A stretch of DNA of 64,000 nucleotides from an uncultured Phycisphaerales bacterium (GTDB lineage Bacteria; Planctomycetota; Phycisphaerae; WQYP01): assembly GCA_903845195.1 (NCBI GenBank), contig CAIMWO010000057.1, positions 9,186-73,185 of the forward strand. The letters run 5' to 3'. Shown here in pieces: positions 17,058 to 25,629 of the stretch. How positions within the stretch are numbered: position 1 is the stretch's first letter; every line of letters starts with the position of its first letter. A model generated the notes under the pieces. That model ran no database searches. It was not told the DNA's origin and saw nothing but the letters and a program-made list of their open reading frames with translations. The position numbers were made by a program, and so were the translations under genes.

Positions 17058-17716
17058 CTAAAGCCCGCCGACTATGTCGGCGTGGGCCGATCTCTGCAAC
17101 ATCTTAGCTCGGGATATTCCGAAACGACCACACCCATGCGCCTTCTTTTCCTGCATGATCGAGGATGTAGTGATATACAGCGACGCCATGAGGCCGGCAC
17201 ATTATTGGTTTGACACCGCTTTCGCCTTCCCAAAGCTTCTGGCGCGTGCGCGAGGTGGCATCGCTGATCGGTGAGAAATTAAACATGACGTGCTTCTTGG
17301 CATGGCCGAGGATGGGGTTGGGACGATTGTTTTCGCATTGTACGAGCGCATGGAAGTGCGTGGCGCCGACGGCAAGAGCAAGAATAGGAATTCGCTGAAG
17401 GGTAAAAGTTTCGAGAAGAAGGCAGCCAATGGTCTTGCGATCAGCCGGTGCGATGAGATAGGGTTCGCCCTTCATTATGCATTTAGAGTATTGCCACCGA
17501 CGGGCATGAAATTCTGAAGGAGGAGGTGGAGTTTTGTAATCTCCATCGACGTGTTCGTGATGGTCACGTTCGCGCCAACCGCGTTTGTCTCCGGGGAGCC
17601 ATTGCGCGTAGGTGCCGACGGTGCAGTGGTACCAGTTGCGCCATGCAGTTGCGATCATGATGTCTCTCCAGAGGTAAGGTGGATCGGCCCGCGCCGACAT
17701 AGTCGGCGGGCTTTAG
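17058..17716 (-). mobile_element. REP-flanked RAYT unit (Y1 HUH transposase between inverted 35-bp repeats)
   Basis: Left repeat 17058-17092 (ctaaagcccgccgactatgtcggcgtgggccgatc) and right repeat 17682-17716 are reverse complements with one mismatch. Each contains the hairpin CGCCGAC-tat-GTCGGCG. Confidence 0.75.
17104..17658 (-). CDS. REP-associated tyrosine transposase (IS200/IS605-like Y1 HUH enzyme)
   Basis: WYHCTVGTYAQWLPGDKRG at the N-terminus, HUH motif THFHALV, and a Tyr-containing C-terminal helix VAVYHYILDH. Start set at the ATG at 17658 (GGAGAG upstream), because the longer ORF runs into the right repeat. Confidence 0.7.
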   Translation of the reverse strand: MIATAWRNWYHCTVGTYAQWLPGDKRGWRERDHHEHVDGDYKTPPPPSEFHARRWQYSKCIMKGEPYLIAPADRKTIGCLLLETFTLQRIPILALAVGATHFHALVQCENNRPNPILGHAKKHVMFNFSPISDATSRTRQKLWEGESGVKPIMCRPHGVAVYHYILDHAGKEGAWVWSFRNIPS

Positions 17717-20700
17717 GTGCCCTTTCGCAGGGCACTGACCACCGCGGCGTCGCGGGCGCTGAGGTCGGGGTAATCCTTGTCGGAGCCGACGTCGGGGCGG
17801 CGTTTCCAGGAGCGGGCGCAGGAGGGGTATTTTTCGCGGGTGTCTTCGATCTTGATGTCCCAGATTTCTCCGTGTTCGATGCGGTGGAAACCTACGCCGA
17901 GGGCGTCTTCGATTTCCGGGCCGTATTGGGCGATGAGCTTGGCCACGTCGTCGTTGGTGGAGGGGACGATGATGACGGCTTCGGCGTCGAGGGCGTTGCC
18001 GAGGCCGACGGATTTCTTGAGGTCGTCGAGTTGCTTGTTGCCTTTCTCGATAAGCGGCATGAGGACGCCCCAGTGTTTCTCTGCGTGTCCCATCGGATTG
18101 CATTCGAAGACTTCAAATTGTGCCAGATGCACACTGCGAGTCAGAGAGCCACCCCCTGGAAGTTTGCGCATTTCATTCCACGCTTCCTCCGCAGTAAAAG
18201 CAAGGATCGGAGCAATCAGCTTGACGAGATGCTCGAGAAGGAAGCAGCACATCAACTGTGAACCTCGTCGTTTCTTGGAATCAGGCAGTTCGCAGTAAAG
18301 GCGGTCTTTAATGGCTTTTGCATAAACGGCGCTGATCTCAACATTGCAGAACTCGTATACGAGTTTGAAGACATTATGGAATTCGTAGCGTTCGTACGAG
18401 CTGAGGACTTGTTCCTGCAACTGCGAGAATCGCCATTCCATCCAACTGTCAATGGAATAAGGTTCAAAACCAATGTGGACACCCGTTTCGTAGTTGAAAT
18501 CGTAGAGGTTGCCGAGGAGATAGCGGATAGTGTTGCGGATTTTGCGGTAAGCGTCGGCAGTCTTGGCCAGGAGGTTGGGGCCGCAGGGGATGTCGTTTTG
18601 GTAATCGACGCTGGAGACCCAGAGGCGCAGGACATCCGCACCATATTGCTTGAGGGCGGTTTCGACTTTGATGCCGTTGCCCTCAGCCTTGGACATCTTG
18701 TGGCCTTTTTCGTCGACCACGAAGCCGTGGGTGAGCACTTGCTTGAAGGGTGGCTCGCTCTTGTAGCCGCTGGCTTCGAGGAGTGAGGACTGGAACCAGC
18801 CGCGGTGCTGGTCGGAGCCTTCGAGATAGAGGTCCGCAGGATAACCAAGCTCGGGGTGAGTGCATTCGAGGACGGCGTGGTGGGAGGCGCCGGATTCGAA
18901 CCAGACGTCGAGGATGTCGGAGGACTTGGTCAATTCTGAATTCTGAATTCTGAATTCTGAAATCAGGCGTCCATCGGGTGTGATGACCGTGTCGGTCCAT
19001 TCTTCTGCACCGAGGAGTTGGGCGGGGGTGTGGGTGTACCAAGAGTCGGCGCCGTGCTCTTTGAAGTAGGCGCCGATGCGGCGGACGGATTTTTCGGTGA
19101 AGAGGATGTTGCCCTTGTCATCGAAGAAGGCGGGGATGGGGACGCCCCAGGAACGCTGGCGCGAGATGCACCAGTCGGGGCGGGTGTCGAGCATGCCGTC
19201 GATGCGGTTTTTGCCCCAGGCGGGGATCCATTGGACGGAATTGACGAAGGCTTTGGCATTGGACCAGAGGGGGGAGGAGGCTTGAGTCTTGAGTCTTGAG
19301 TCTTGAGGTGCGGTGGATTCGCCAGCATGCTCCTGACGGGGCCCCTGCCCCATCAGGAGCATGGCACCCGAATCACCCGATGGGGTGTCGTCGGCGGAGG
19401 CGGCTTTGACGAACCATTGTTCGGTGGCGCGGAAGATGACGGGCTTTTTGCAGCGCCAGCAGTGCGGGTATTCGTGGTCGAACTGCTGGTGGTGGAAGAG
19501 GGCGCCGGTTTGCGTGAGCTTGTTGATGACCATTTCGTTGGCGGCCCAGATGGATTGGCCTTTGAGGAAGTCGGGGACGGTGTCATCGTATTTGCCGTCG
19601 GCGAGGACGGGGTTGTAGATTTCGAGGCCGTACTTGATGCCGGTCTGATAGTCTTCCTTGCCGTGGCCGGGGGCGGTGTGGACGAGGCCGGTGCCGTCGT
19701 CGAGGGTGACGTAGTCGGCGAGGACGACGGGTTGGATGCGATCACGGACTTGGCTGTGCGAGCCCGTTAGCCCATCAAGTTCCATCTGTTTTGAGCCGTC
19801 GTGATTGTCAGGCATTCCGAGTGGATGGAAATACTTAAGTCCCATTTCGACTAGATCCCGGCCGCGCACCGAGCCATTTGCCTCCGATCTCGCGAAATAA
19901 CCCAGGTTGCGGATTCGATCGTGTGCTTCTGCCGCAACGATCACGCATTTTGTGTAGTCGCCATTGGATTCCGGGTCAGTCTTCTCCCGGTACCAATACA
20001 CTATGTATTCGTGATCAGGATGAACCGCGACCGCACGATTTGCGGGGAGGGTCCAGGGAGTCGTTGTCCAAATCATTAAATACGCATGGCCAGTGAAGGG
20101 TTGGAGTTGCTTGATGAAATGTTCAGTGGTGGAGTTTGATGGTTTCAATGCGGCTACATTAGCGAGCTTAAAATTGACATAGATCGAATGATCCTTCCGC
20201 GTCGCGTACTCGAGTTCCGCCTCCGCCAGTGCCGTGCGGTCATTGGTGCACCAGTGGACGGGTTTCTTTTTGCGGTAGACGAGGTCGCGCTTTACGAGTT
20301 CGGCGAGGACGTCGAGGATGCCGGACTCGTATTTGGGGTTGAGGGTGAGGTAACGGTCCTGCTCACCGGGGCCGAAGAAGATGCCGAGGCGGGCGAAGCT
20401 GTCGGACTGGAGTTGGACGTACTTCATGGCGTAGTCGTGGCACTTCTGGCGGACCTGGTCTTTGGAGAGCTCGCGGAACTTGGGGCCGAGTTCCTTCTGG
20501 ATGGCGGACTCGATGGGGAGGCCGTGGCAGTCCCAGCCGGGGACGTAGGGGGCATCGTGGCCCTGCATGGTGCGGAACTTGATGACGATGTCTTTGAGGA
20601 CCTTGTTGATGAGGTGGCCCATGTGGATGTCGCCGTTGGCGTAGGGGGGGCCGTCGTGGAGGACCCACTTGCCTTTGGGGTGCCCCCCCCGGCGGTCGCG

Positions 20701-20856
20701 GATTTTCTGATAGAGGTTTTCATCCTGCCACTGCTTGAGCATCACGGGCTCACGCTGGGTGAGGTTGGCCTTCATGTCGAAGTTGGTCTTCGGCAGGTTG
20801 AGGGTGTCTTTGTAATTGGGGGGAGTGGGGGGGGTGGGAGCGGCGGGTTCGGTCAT
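17713..20856 (-). CDS. ileS: Isoleucine--tRNA ligase
   Basis: PYANGDIHMGH (HIGH), HKMSKAEGN (KMSKS), WTTTPWTLPAN, RPDWCISRQRSWG and LYLEGSDQHRGWF. Start set at the ATG at 20856 (MTEPAAP). The reading frame is intact despite embedded repeat elements. Confidence 0.95.
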   Translation of the reverse strand: MTEPAAPTPPTPPNYKDTLNLPKTNFDMKANLTQREPVMLKQWQDENLYQKIRDRRGGHPKGKWVLHDGPPYANGDIHMGHLINKVLKDIVIKFRTMQGHDAPYVPGWDCHGLPIESAIQKELGPKFRELSKDQVRQKCHDYAMKYVQLQSDSFARLGIFFGPGEQDRYLTLNPKYESGILDVLAELVKRDLVYRKKKPVHWCTNDRTALAEAELEYATRKDHSIYVNFKLANVAALKPSNSTTEHFIKQLQPFTGHAYLMIWTTTPWTLPANRAVAVHPDHEYIVYWYREKTDPESNGDYTKCVIVAAEAHDRIRNLGYFARSEANGSVRGRDLVEMGLKYFHPLGMPDNHDGSKQMELDGLTGSHSQVRDRIQPVVLADYVTLDDGTGLVHTAPGHGKEDYQTGIKYGLEIYNPVLADGKYDDTVPDFLKGQSIWAANEMVINKLTQTGALFHHQQFDHEYPHCWRCKKPVIFRATEQWFVKAASADDTPSGDSGAMLLMGQGPRQEHAGESTAPQDSRLKTQASSPLWSNAKAFVNSVQWIPAWGKNRIDGMLDTRPDWCISRQRSWGVPIPAFFDDKGNILFTEKSVRRIGAYFKEHGADSWYTHTPAQLLGAEEWTDTVITPDGRLISEFRIQNSELTKSSDILDVWFESGASHHAVLECTHPELGYPADLYLEGSDQHRGWFQSSLLEASGYKSEPPFKQVLTHGFVVDEKGHKMSKAEGNGIKVETALKQYGADVLRLWVSSVDYQNDIPCGPNLLAKTADAYRKIRNTIRYLLGNLYDFNYETGVHIGFEPYSIDSWMEWRFSQLQEQVLSSYERYEFHNVFKLVYEFCNVEISAVYAKAIKDRLYCELPDSKKRRGSQLMCCFLLEHLVKLIAPILAFTAEEAWNEMRKLPGGGSLTRSVHLAQFEVFECNPMGHAEKHWGVLMPLIEKGNKQLDDLKKSVGLGNALDAEAVIIVPSTNDDVAKLIAQYGPEIEDALGVGFHRIEHGEIWDIKIEDTREKYPSCARSWKRRPDVGSDKDYPDLSARDAAVVSALRKGT
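18931..18963. repeat. AATTCTG heptamer tract inside ileS
   Basis: caattctgaattctgaattctgaattctgaaat is 33 nt and translates in frame as ISEFRIQNSEL. It is the same family as the intergenic tracts at 5838, 8437 and 11568. Confidence 0.85.
19281..19370. repeat. CTTGAGT heptamer tract plus palindromic hairpin element inside ileS
   Basis: (cttgagt)x3-4 occupies 19281-19308. The 51-nt hairpin element at 19320-19370 is homologous to 15634-15680. Confidence 0.85.
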
Positions 20857-21164
20857 GTCGGGGCCCTTTTTGAGGATGGAGGCACAAAGGCACAGGGGCA
20901 CTTAAAGTTTATCTCAAAAGCTCTTTTACGATGCACTAAGGCGCGAATTCACCGTCTTTGGAGGGGCTTCTGAGATAGCGTCTTAGGCACTCAGTGATGG
21001 ATTCAAATTGTACAAGGGATCGCGAGGCGATGGGCTAAGCGAGGCATGAGCCTCGGTCAGCCCAGCATAATGGGGATGGCCTCAGTGGTCTGGCGAGGCA
21101 GGATGATGATCTGAACGTTCTTCATAGAGGAAATGATAGCGGCGAACAGCATGTCAGACAATCG

Positions 21165-21545
21165 TCACAGGCATGTCGAAATCACTTCGGCGTACAGGAA
21201 ATCGACGAGACTCATCATGATGCCGGTAATCGCAAGTCCGATGGCTAATCCTTTCCAGCGCGTTGGGTGTGCGCAGACGCGGATGAGTCCTGAAATGCCG
21301 TACACGGTTCCGAGGGTGGGCGGTCCGAGATACAGCAGCACTGCGAGGCTGAGCATCAGAGCGTCATAGAGCGTGTGATCATGATCGTGAGGGTTGTAGT
21401 CCAAGTTCGTCGTGAAAGATAACACGGTTGAAAGGACGGGCGAGGCAATGGCTGCGATAAGGCAGATCCATAACTGACGCGGCCAGCGGCGTGTCGTAAC
21501 ACGTGTTGCGTACTCGATCACGATGTGCGATGGCGTTGCGCCCAT
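21165..21545 (-). CDS. Small hypothetical membrane protein
   Basis: 126 aa with 3-4 hydrophobic segments. It shares VYG(I/L)SG.(I/L)R and GL.(I/A)..(I/L)...(V/I)(D/E)(F/I)L(Y/F)A.(V/I).ST with the next ORF. It sits in a patch of lower G+C. Confidence 0.45.
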   Translation of the reverse strand: MGATPSHIVIEYATRVTTRRWPRQLWICLIAAIASPVLSTVLSFTTNLDYNPHDHDHTLYDALMLSLAVLLYLGPPTLGTVYGISGLIRVCAHPTRWKGLAIGLAITGIMMSLVDFLYAEVISTCL

Positions 21546-21608
21546 GCCATTCTGTACGTTGTGAATCGGAAGTGGTTCATTCGGCGTTAAGCTGTGGGTT
21601 GGAAGGAG

Positions 21609-21980
21609 TCAGGTCCAGCCGAGGGTTGTGGATGTGATGTTGGCGAAGAGGATCTCGACGAGACCGAGCGCGGCGGCGGTGAGGCCGGAGCCGCCTCCCA
21701 TGATGCCGGCGTTTTTCGCGCGAAGGGCGCCGGATAGTCCGTAGACCAGCACGGCTACCGGAAGCATGTAGTAGCGGGCCACCGCCACGCCGAACCACCA
21801 ATCACTTCCGCCGCTGCGGACGACGAAATGTTGGGAGAGCAAGGTGCCCCACACCCCGTGGCAGAAGCCGAGCCAAAATGGGGTAACAAATGCGAGGATC
21901 CAACTCACATTGATCTGCCATGGCACGTCACGGGAGAGAAAGCGTGGGGGAATGTCGGATATGTCCCATCGAGTTTGCAT
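21609..21980 (-). CDS. Small hypothetical membrane protein, paralogue of 21165-21545
   Basis: Start trimmed to the ATG at 21980 (MQTRWD), because the longer ORF overlaps the 3' end of the upstream gene and is S/P/A-rich. Confidence 0.45.
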   Translation of the reverse strand: MQTRWDISDIPPRFLSRDVPWQINVSWILAFVTPFWLGFCHGVWGTLLSQHFVVRSGGSDWWFGVAVARYYMLPVAVLVYGLSGALRAKNAGIMGGGSGLTAAALGLVEILFANITSTTLGWT

Positions 21981-22104
21981 GCGTATGCTACGTGCGGTGG
22001 GTGAAAAAGTTCGCGTGGATGGGGAGTGCGTTGCGATTGAATGGTGGCGCGGGCGGGGACGCCCGCGAGACTGCGGACAGGATGTCCGCACCACTTCGTG
22101 AGTT

Positions 22105-23637
22105 TCAGATGAACTTGATTTTGCGGGCGGCGAAGGCGCACATGCCGAGGAGCATGAAGCCGTGGCGGAAGCGGGAGATGTTGGTGCTGCCATAGGTGCG
22201 TTGCTTGTAGTGGACGGGGACATCGGTGATTTTGAGGTTGAGGCGGGCGGCGCCGAAGAGGAGGTCGAAATCGCCGAAGGGATCGAAGTCGCCGAAGTAG
22301 GCGCGGTTGGCGGCGATCTTTTCGTAGTCTTCGCGGCGGAGGACCTTGGTGCCGCAGAGGGTGTCGCGAATGCGCTGGCCGAGGAGATAGGTGAACATCC
22401 AGCCGAACATTTTGTTGGCGATCATGTTGAGGGTCTGCATGGCGTGCTTATCCATGGGGTAGACGAGGCGGCTGCCGTTGGCGAACTCGCACTGGTGGCG
22501 GGCGAGGAGGTCGACGAAGCGGGGGAGTTCTTCGGGAGGGACAGAGAGGTCGGAGTCGAGGATCATGAGGATGTCGCCGCCCCCCCCCGTGGCTTTGGAG
22601 AAGCCGAGGCGGACGGCGTCGCCTTTGCCGCGGCCGGTTTGCTGGTAGCAGGAGAGGGCGAGGCGAGGGGTCAGTGGATCGCCGGGGCCGGCGACCGGCG
22701 CCGTGTTGTATTCTGCGACGGCTTTCTGGATGGTGGCCCAGGTGTCATCGGTGGAGTGGCCTTCGATGAAGATGACTTCAGTTTTTTCGCCCATGAGCGG
22801 GATGCGGTCGAGGAGTGGCTTGATGTTGCCGGACTCGTTGCGGGCGGGAACGATGATGCTGACGCATTTGGGGGTGTCGAGCCGGTTGCTCCGCGGCAGC
22901 AGGCGGGCGACGGTGAGCGTGCAGAGGTTCAGGTGGTTGATCAGCGGCAGGGGGGCGATCCAGCGATTGACGAGATTGGAGAGCAGCGGGATGCCCAGCG
23001 GCCAGAGGATGTTGTGTTTCTGGGTGATGATCGAGAAATCGCACTGGGCGAGGAGGCTGCGGACTTCGTAGGGGGGAATCCAGCTTTCATCGGGGACGCG
23101 GGCCTTGAGGCGGGTCATTTCGCTGAGGCCGATGACCGGTTGCCAGAGGCGGCTGAAGGTGCAGACGATGATGCGGGTGCGTTCGTGGCAGACGGTGCGG
23201 AGGGCTTCGAGGGTGGTGTGGAGGTCGTAGAGTTGCGGCAAGACGCCGGAGAGGATGATGTAATCGAAGCCGGGGCCGGCGTCGGGCGTGGCGGCCAGGC
23301 GGGCGACGTCTTCGGCGGCCATGTCGTGAAAGGTGAGTTCGGGATACTTGGCGCGGGCGTCGGCGATAGCGGCGGGGTTAAGATCGATGCCGACGCCGTG
23401 GGAGGGCTTGAGGGCCGCGAGCATGTCGCCGCCGGCACAGCCGATGTCGAGCACACGCGAGCCGGGAACGACGTGGTGGGCGACGAGGCGGGCGAGGTAT
23501 CGATGGAAGTAGCCGTGACGGCGGCGGCTGGCCTTGAGAGCGGCGTAACGCGATTGGCCAAAGGTGCGGAGTGATTGGCGATGTGCTACGTCCGGCGAGG
23601 GAAGCGGGCTGGCGGAAGTTGTGGTCGTTTCGGCCAT
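22105..23637 (-). CDS. Fused class I SAM-dependent methyltransferase / family 2 glycosyltransferase
   Basis: The N-terminal half has VLDIGCAGGDM (SAM motif I). The C-terminal half has VSIIVPARNE, IFIEGHSTDDT and DSDLSVPPEE (GT2 DXD region), plus C-terminal hydrophobic segments. Confidence 0.75.
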   Translation of the reverse strand: MAETTTTSASPLPSPDVAHRQSLRTFGQSRYAALKASRRRHGYFHRYLARLVAHHVVPGSRVLDIGCAGGDMLAALKPSHGVGIDLNPAAIADARAKYPELTFHDMAAEDVARLAATPDAGPGFDYIILSGVLPQLYDLHTTLEALRTVCHERTRIIVCTFSRLWQPVIGLSEMTRLKARVPDESWIPPYEVRSLLAQCDFSIITQKHNILWPLGIPLLSNLVNRWIAPLPLINHLNLCTLTVARLLPRSNRLDTPKCVSIIVPARNESGNIKPLLDRIPLMGEKTEVIFIEGHSTDDTWATIQKAVAEYNTAPVAGPGDPLTPRLALSCYQQTGRGKGDAVRLGFSKATGGGGDILMILDSDLSVPPEELPRFVDLLARHQCEFANGSRLVYPMDKHAMQTLNMIANKMFGWMFTYLLGQRIRDTLCGTKVLRREDYEKIAANRAYFGDFDPFGDFDLLFGAARLNLKITDVPVHYKQRTYGSTNISRFRHGFMLLGMCAFAARKIKFI

Positions 23638-23645
23638 GGAGATCC

Positions 23646-23712
23646 AAAAAATAGAAAATGAAAAATAGAAAATAGAAAAATGGGAACTTCTGTTTTTTCT
23701 ATTTTTGCTTCC
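23646..23712. repeat. AATAGAA heptamer tract with an inverted partner
   Basis: aaaaaatagaaaatgaaaaatagaaaatagaaaaatggg ... ttttttctatttttgc. The arms can pair. Confidence 0.7.
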
Positions 23713-23777
23713 AATCTACAAAAAAGGGCCCGATTCCTTGCGGAACCAGGCCCATTTATTCTAACCGATCGCGTGGA

Positions 23778-25226
23778 TCAGGTCGCGTTGCTGGTGCTGT
23801 GGGAGACGCCGGTCACGTTGGGGCCGACGTTCGTCAGCGGGGGCAGATTCTTGAACTCTTCGGCCAGCGCCTTTTCGTCGATGTCGGTGATTTCGGCGGT
23901 CTCCAGAATCTTGTCGACGACCTTGCCGTCGCGGATCTGGAGGTAAAGTTGTTCGAGCTGGCCGTTGGCGGACATCTGGCTCTTGAGCTTTTCGGGGCGG
24001 CGGCCGTACTGGGTGGCGATCGCGGCCACGCGTTCATTGACCTCGCCATCGTTGACTTCCACGCCGAAGCTTTCGGAAAGCTTGCTCATGATGAAGAAGA
24101 GGCGGAGATCGACGCCGGCCTGCTGGGCCGAGCTGATCCGCAGTTCATCGATGTGCTGCACGATTTCGGCTTCCGGCACGCCCTTGCTCATCATTTCGGT
24201 GGCGCGGCGGCGAAGGACATTGGCCATCTGGCGCTGCGAGAGTTTGGAGGGCAGTTCCAGGCTGGTGTTGCTGAGCAGGTAACGATAGACCTGCTGGGCC
24301 ATGGCGCCCTTGCATTCCTGTTCGAGCTGCGTGACGAGGCGTTCGCGCAGGTCTTTCTTGAGGGCTTCGAGGTCGTCGAAGCCGAGCATCTTGGCGAAAT
24401 CTTCGTTGACTTCGGGCAGGTGCTGATGCTTGACGCCTTTGACGGTGAGGGTGACGGTGATTTTCTTGCCGCGAAGTTTCTCCTCGGGGTGATCGGCAGG
24501 GAAGGTTCCTTCGAGCGTCGCGACGCTGGCGATGGAGAGGCCCGTGAGCTTCTGGCCGAGGTCTTCGAAATGCACGCCGGCGATGTTGCCGGCCTTGGGC
24601 TGCAGGTTGACCTGGGCCTGTTCGGCGACGACTGCGCCGTCTTCGCCGGTGACTTTGACGTCGGCGACGACGGTATCGCTTTCCTTCACCGGTTCGGTGG
24701 AGTCATGCCAGTTGCCGAAGTACTTGCGAAGGTTTTCGATCGCCAGGCCGAGGCGTTCATCGTTGGCTTCCAGCTTCGGCCGCTTGACGGCGACCTTTTC
24801 GATCGACGGCAGGACGAATTCCGGTGTCACTTCCACTTCGATCGTGAGGGTGAGCGGGCCGGACTCCGGCAGCTCGACCTTGGTGAGGTCCACATCGGGT
24901 TCGCCGATGGCATCCAACTTGTGTTCTTCGACGGCCTTCTCGTAGGCCTCAGCGACGACTTGCTGCTTGACGGAGTTTTTCAGATCGCCGCCGAAACGCT
25001 TTTCGATGAGGCGTTTGGGGGCGCGTCCGCGGCGGAAGCCGGGGAGGACGGCATCGCGGGCCAACTCGCTGTAGGCATCCTTGAGCTTGCCGGCGATACG
25101 TTCGGCGGGGATTTCGATTTTGATGCGTTTCTTGGCAGCGCCGGCGTCTTCGACGGTGGTAATGGCGGGCGGCAGGGGGTCTGGTTCTTTTTCCTGGCCC
25201 TGATCCTTGGTTTCGACTTGCGACAT
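23778..25226 (-). CDS. tig: Trigger factor
   Basis: KIEIPAERI...LPGFRRGRAPKRLIEKRFG is the ribosome-binding signature region, with full-length trigger-factor layout. The ATG at 25226 has AAGGAG upstream. Confidence 0.9.
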   Translation of the reverse strand: MSQVETKDQGQEKEPDPLPPAITTVEDAGAAKKRIKIEIPAERIAGKLKDAYSELARDAVLPGFRRGRAPKRLIEKRFGGDLKNSVKQQVVAEAYEKAVEEHKLDAIGEPDVDLTKVELPESGPLTLTIEVEVTPEFVLPSIEKVAVKRPKLEANDERLGLAIENLRKYFGNWHDSTEPVKESDTVVADVKVTGEDGAVVAEQAQVNLQPKAGNIAGVHFEDLGQKLTGLSIASVATLEGTFPADHPEEKLRGKKITVTLTVKGVKHQHLPEVNEDFAKMLGFDDLEALKKDLRERLVTQLEQECKGAMAQQVYRYLLSNTSLELPSKLSQRQMANVLRRRATEMMSKGVPEAEIVQHIDELRISSAQQAGVDLRLFFIMSKLSESFGVEVNDGEVNERVAAIATQYGRRPEKLKSQMSANGQLEQLYLQIRDGKVVDKILETAEITDIDEKALAEEFKNLPPLTNVGPNVTGVSHSTSNAT

Positions 25227-25629
25227 GATTTGGCTCCTTGCCGTAGGGGGTTCCTGATCGGTTGGCTGTGGGGATCGCGACACAGGGTCGCAAAAACGCA
25301 AACGGCCAAACCGCCAGGCGTCGTTTGCCCGGCCATTTGGCCAGATCTCGTCATCCGCGACCAACGCCTGGTTACTCACCGGTAACTCGCGGGACGTTCT
25401 TCATTAAGAATAATGAAGAGAGGTAAGTATACCCCTGTTCTGGAGGAAAGGGAAATTGGGGCTGGGCAATCTGTGAGGAGCGGGTACGACGGGGTTGCGT
25501 CCGATAACGAATATTTACTCCTTTTAAGCATAAGTTAAGGGCCGGTATCAGGTCAGACGATGTAAAGATAGGAAACTTGAGCAGTTTCGGGAAGCAGGGT
25601 AATCTGCTGGCCAAGGAGTCTGCTCTTCA

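Noticed and set aside
20857-21164. T-box or other leader upstream of ileS
   Set aside because: There is no specifier or T-box sequence pattern visible. The region only shows a GGCACAN short-period tract and lower G+C.
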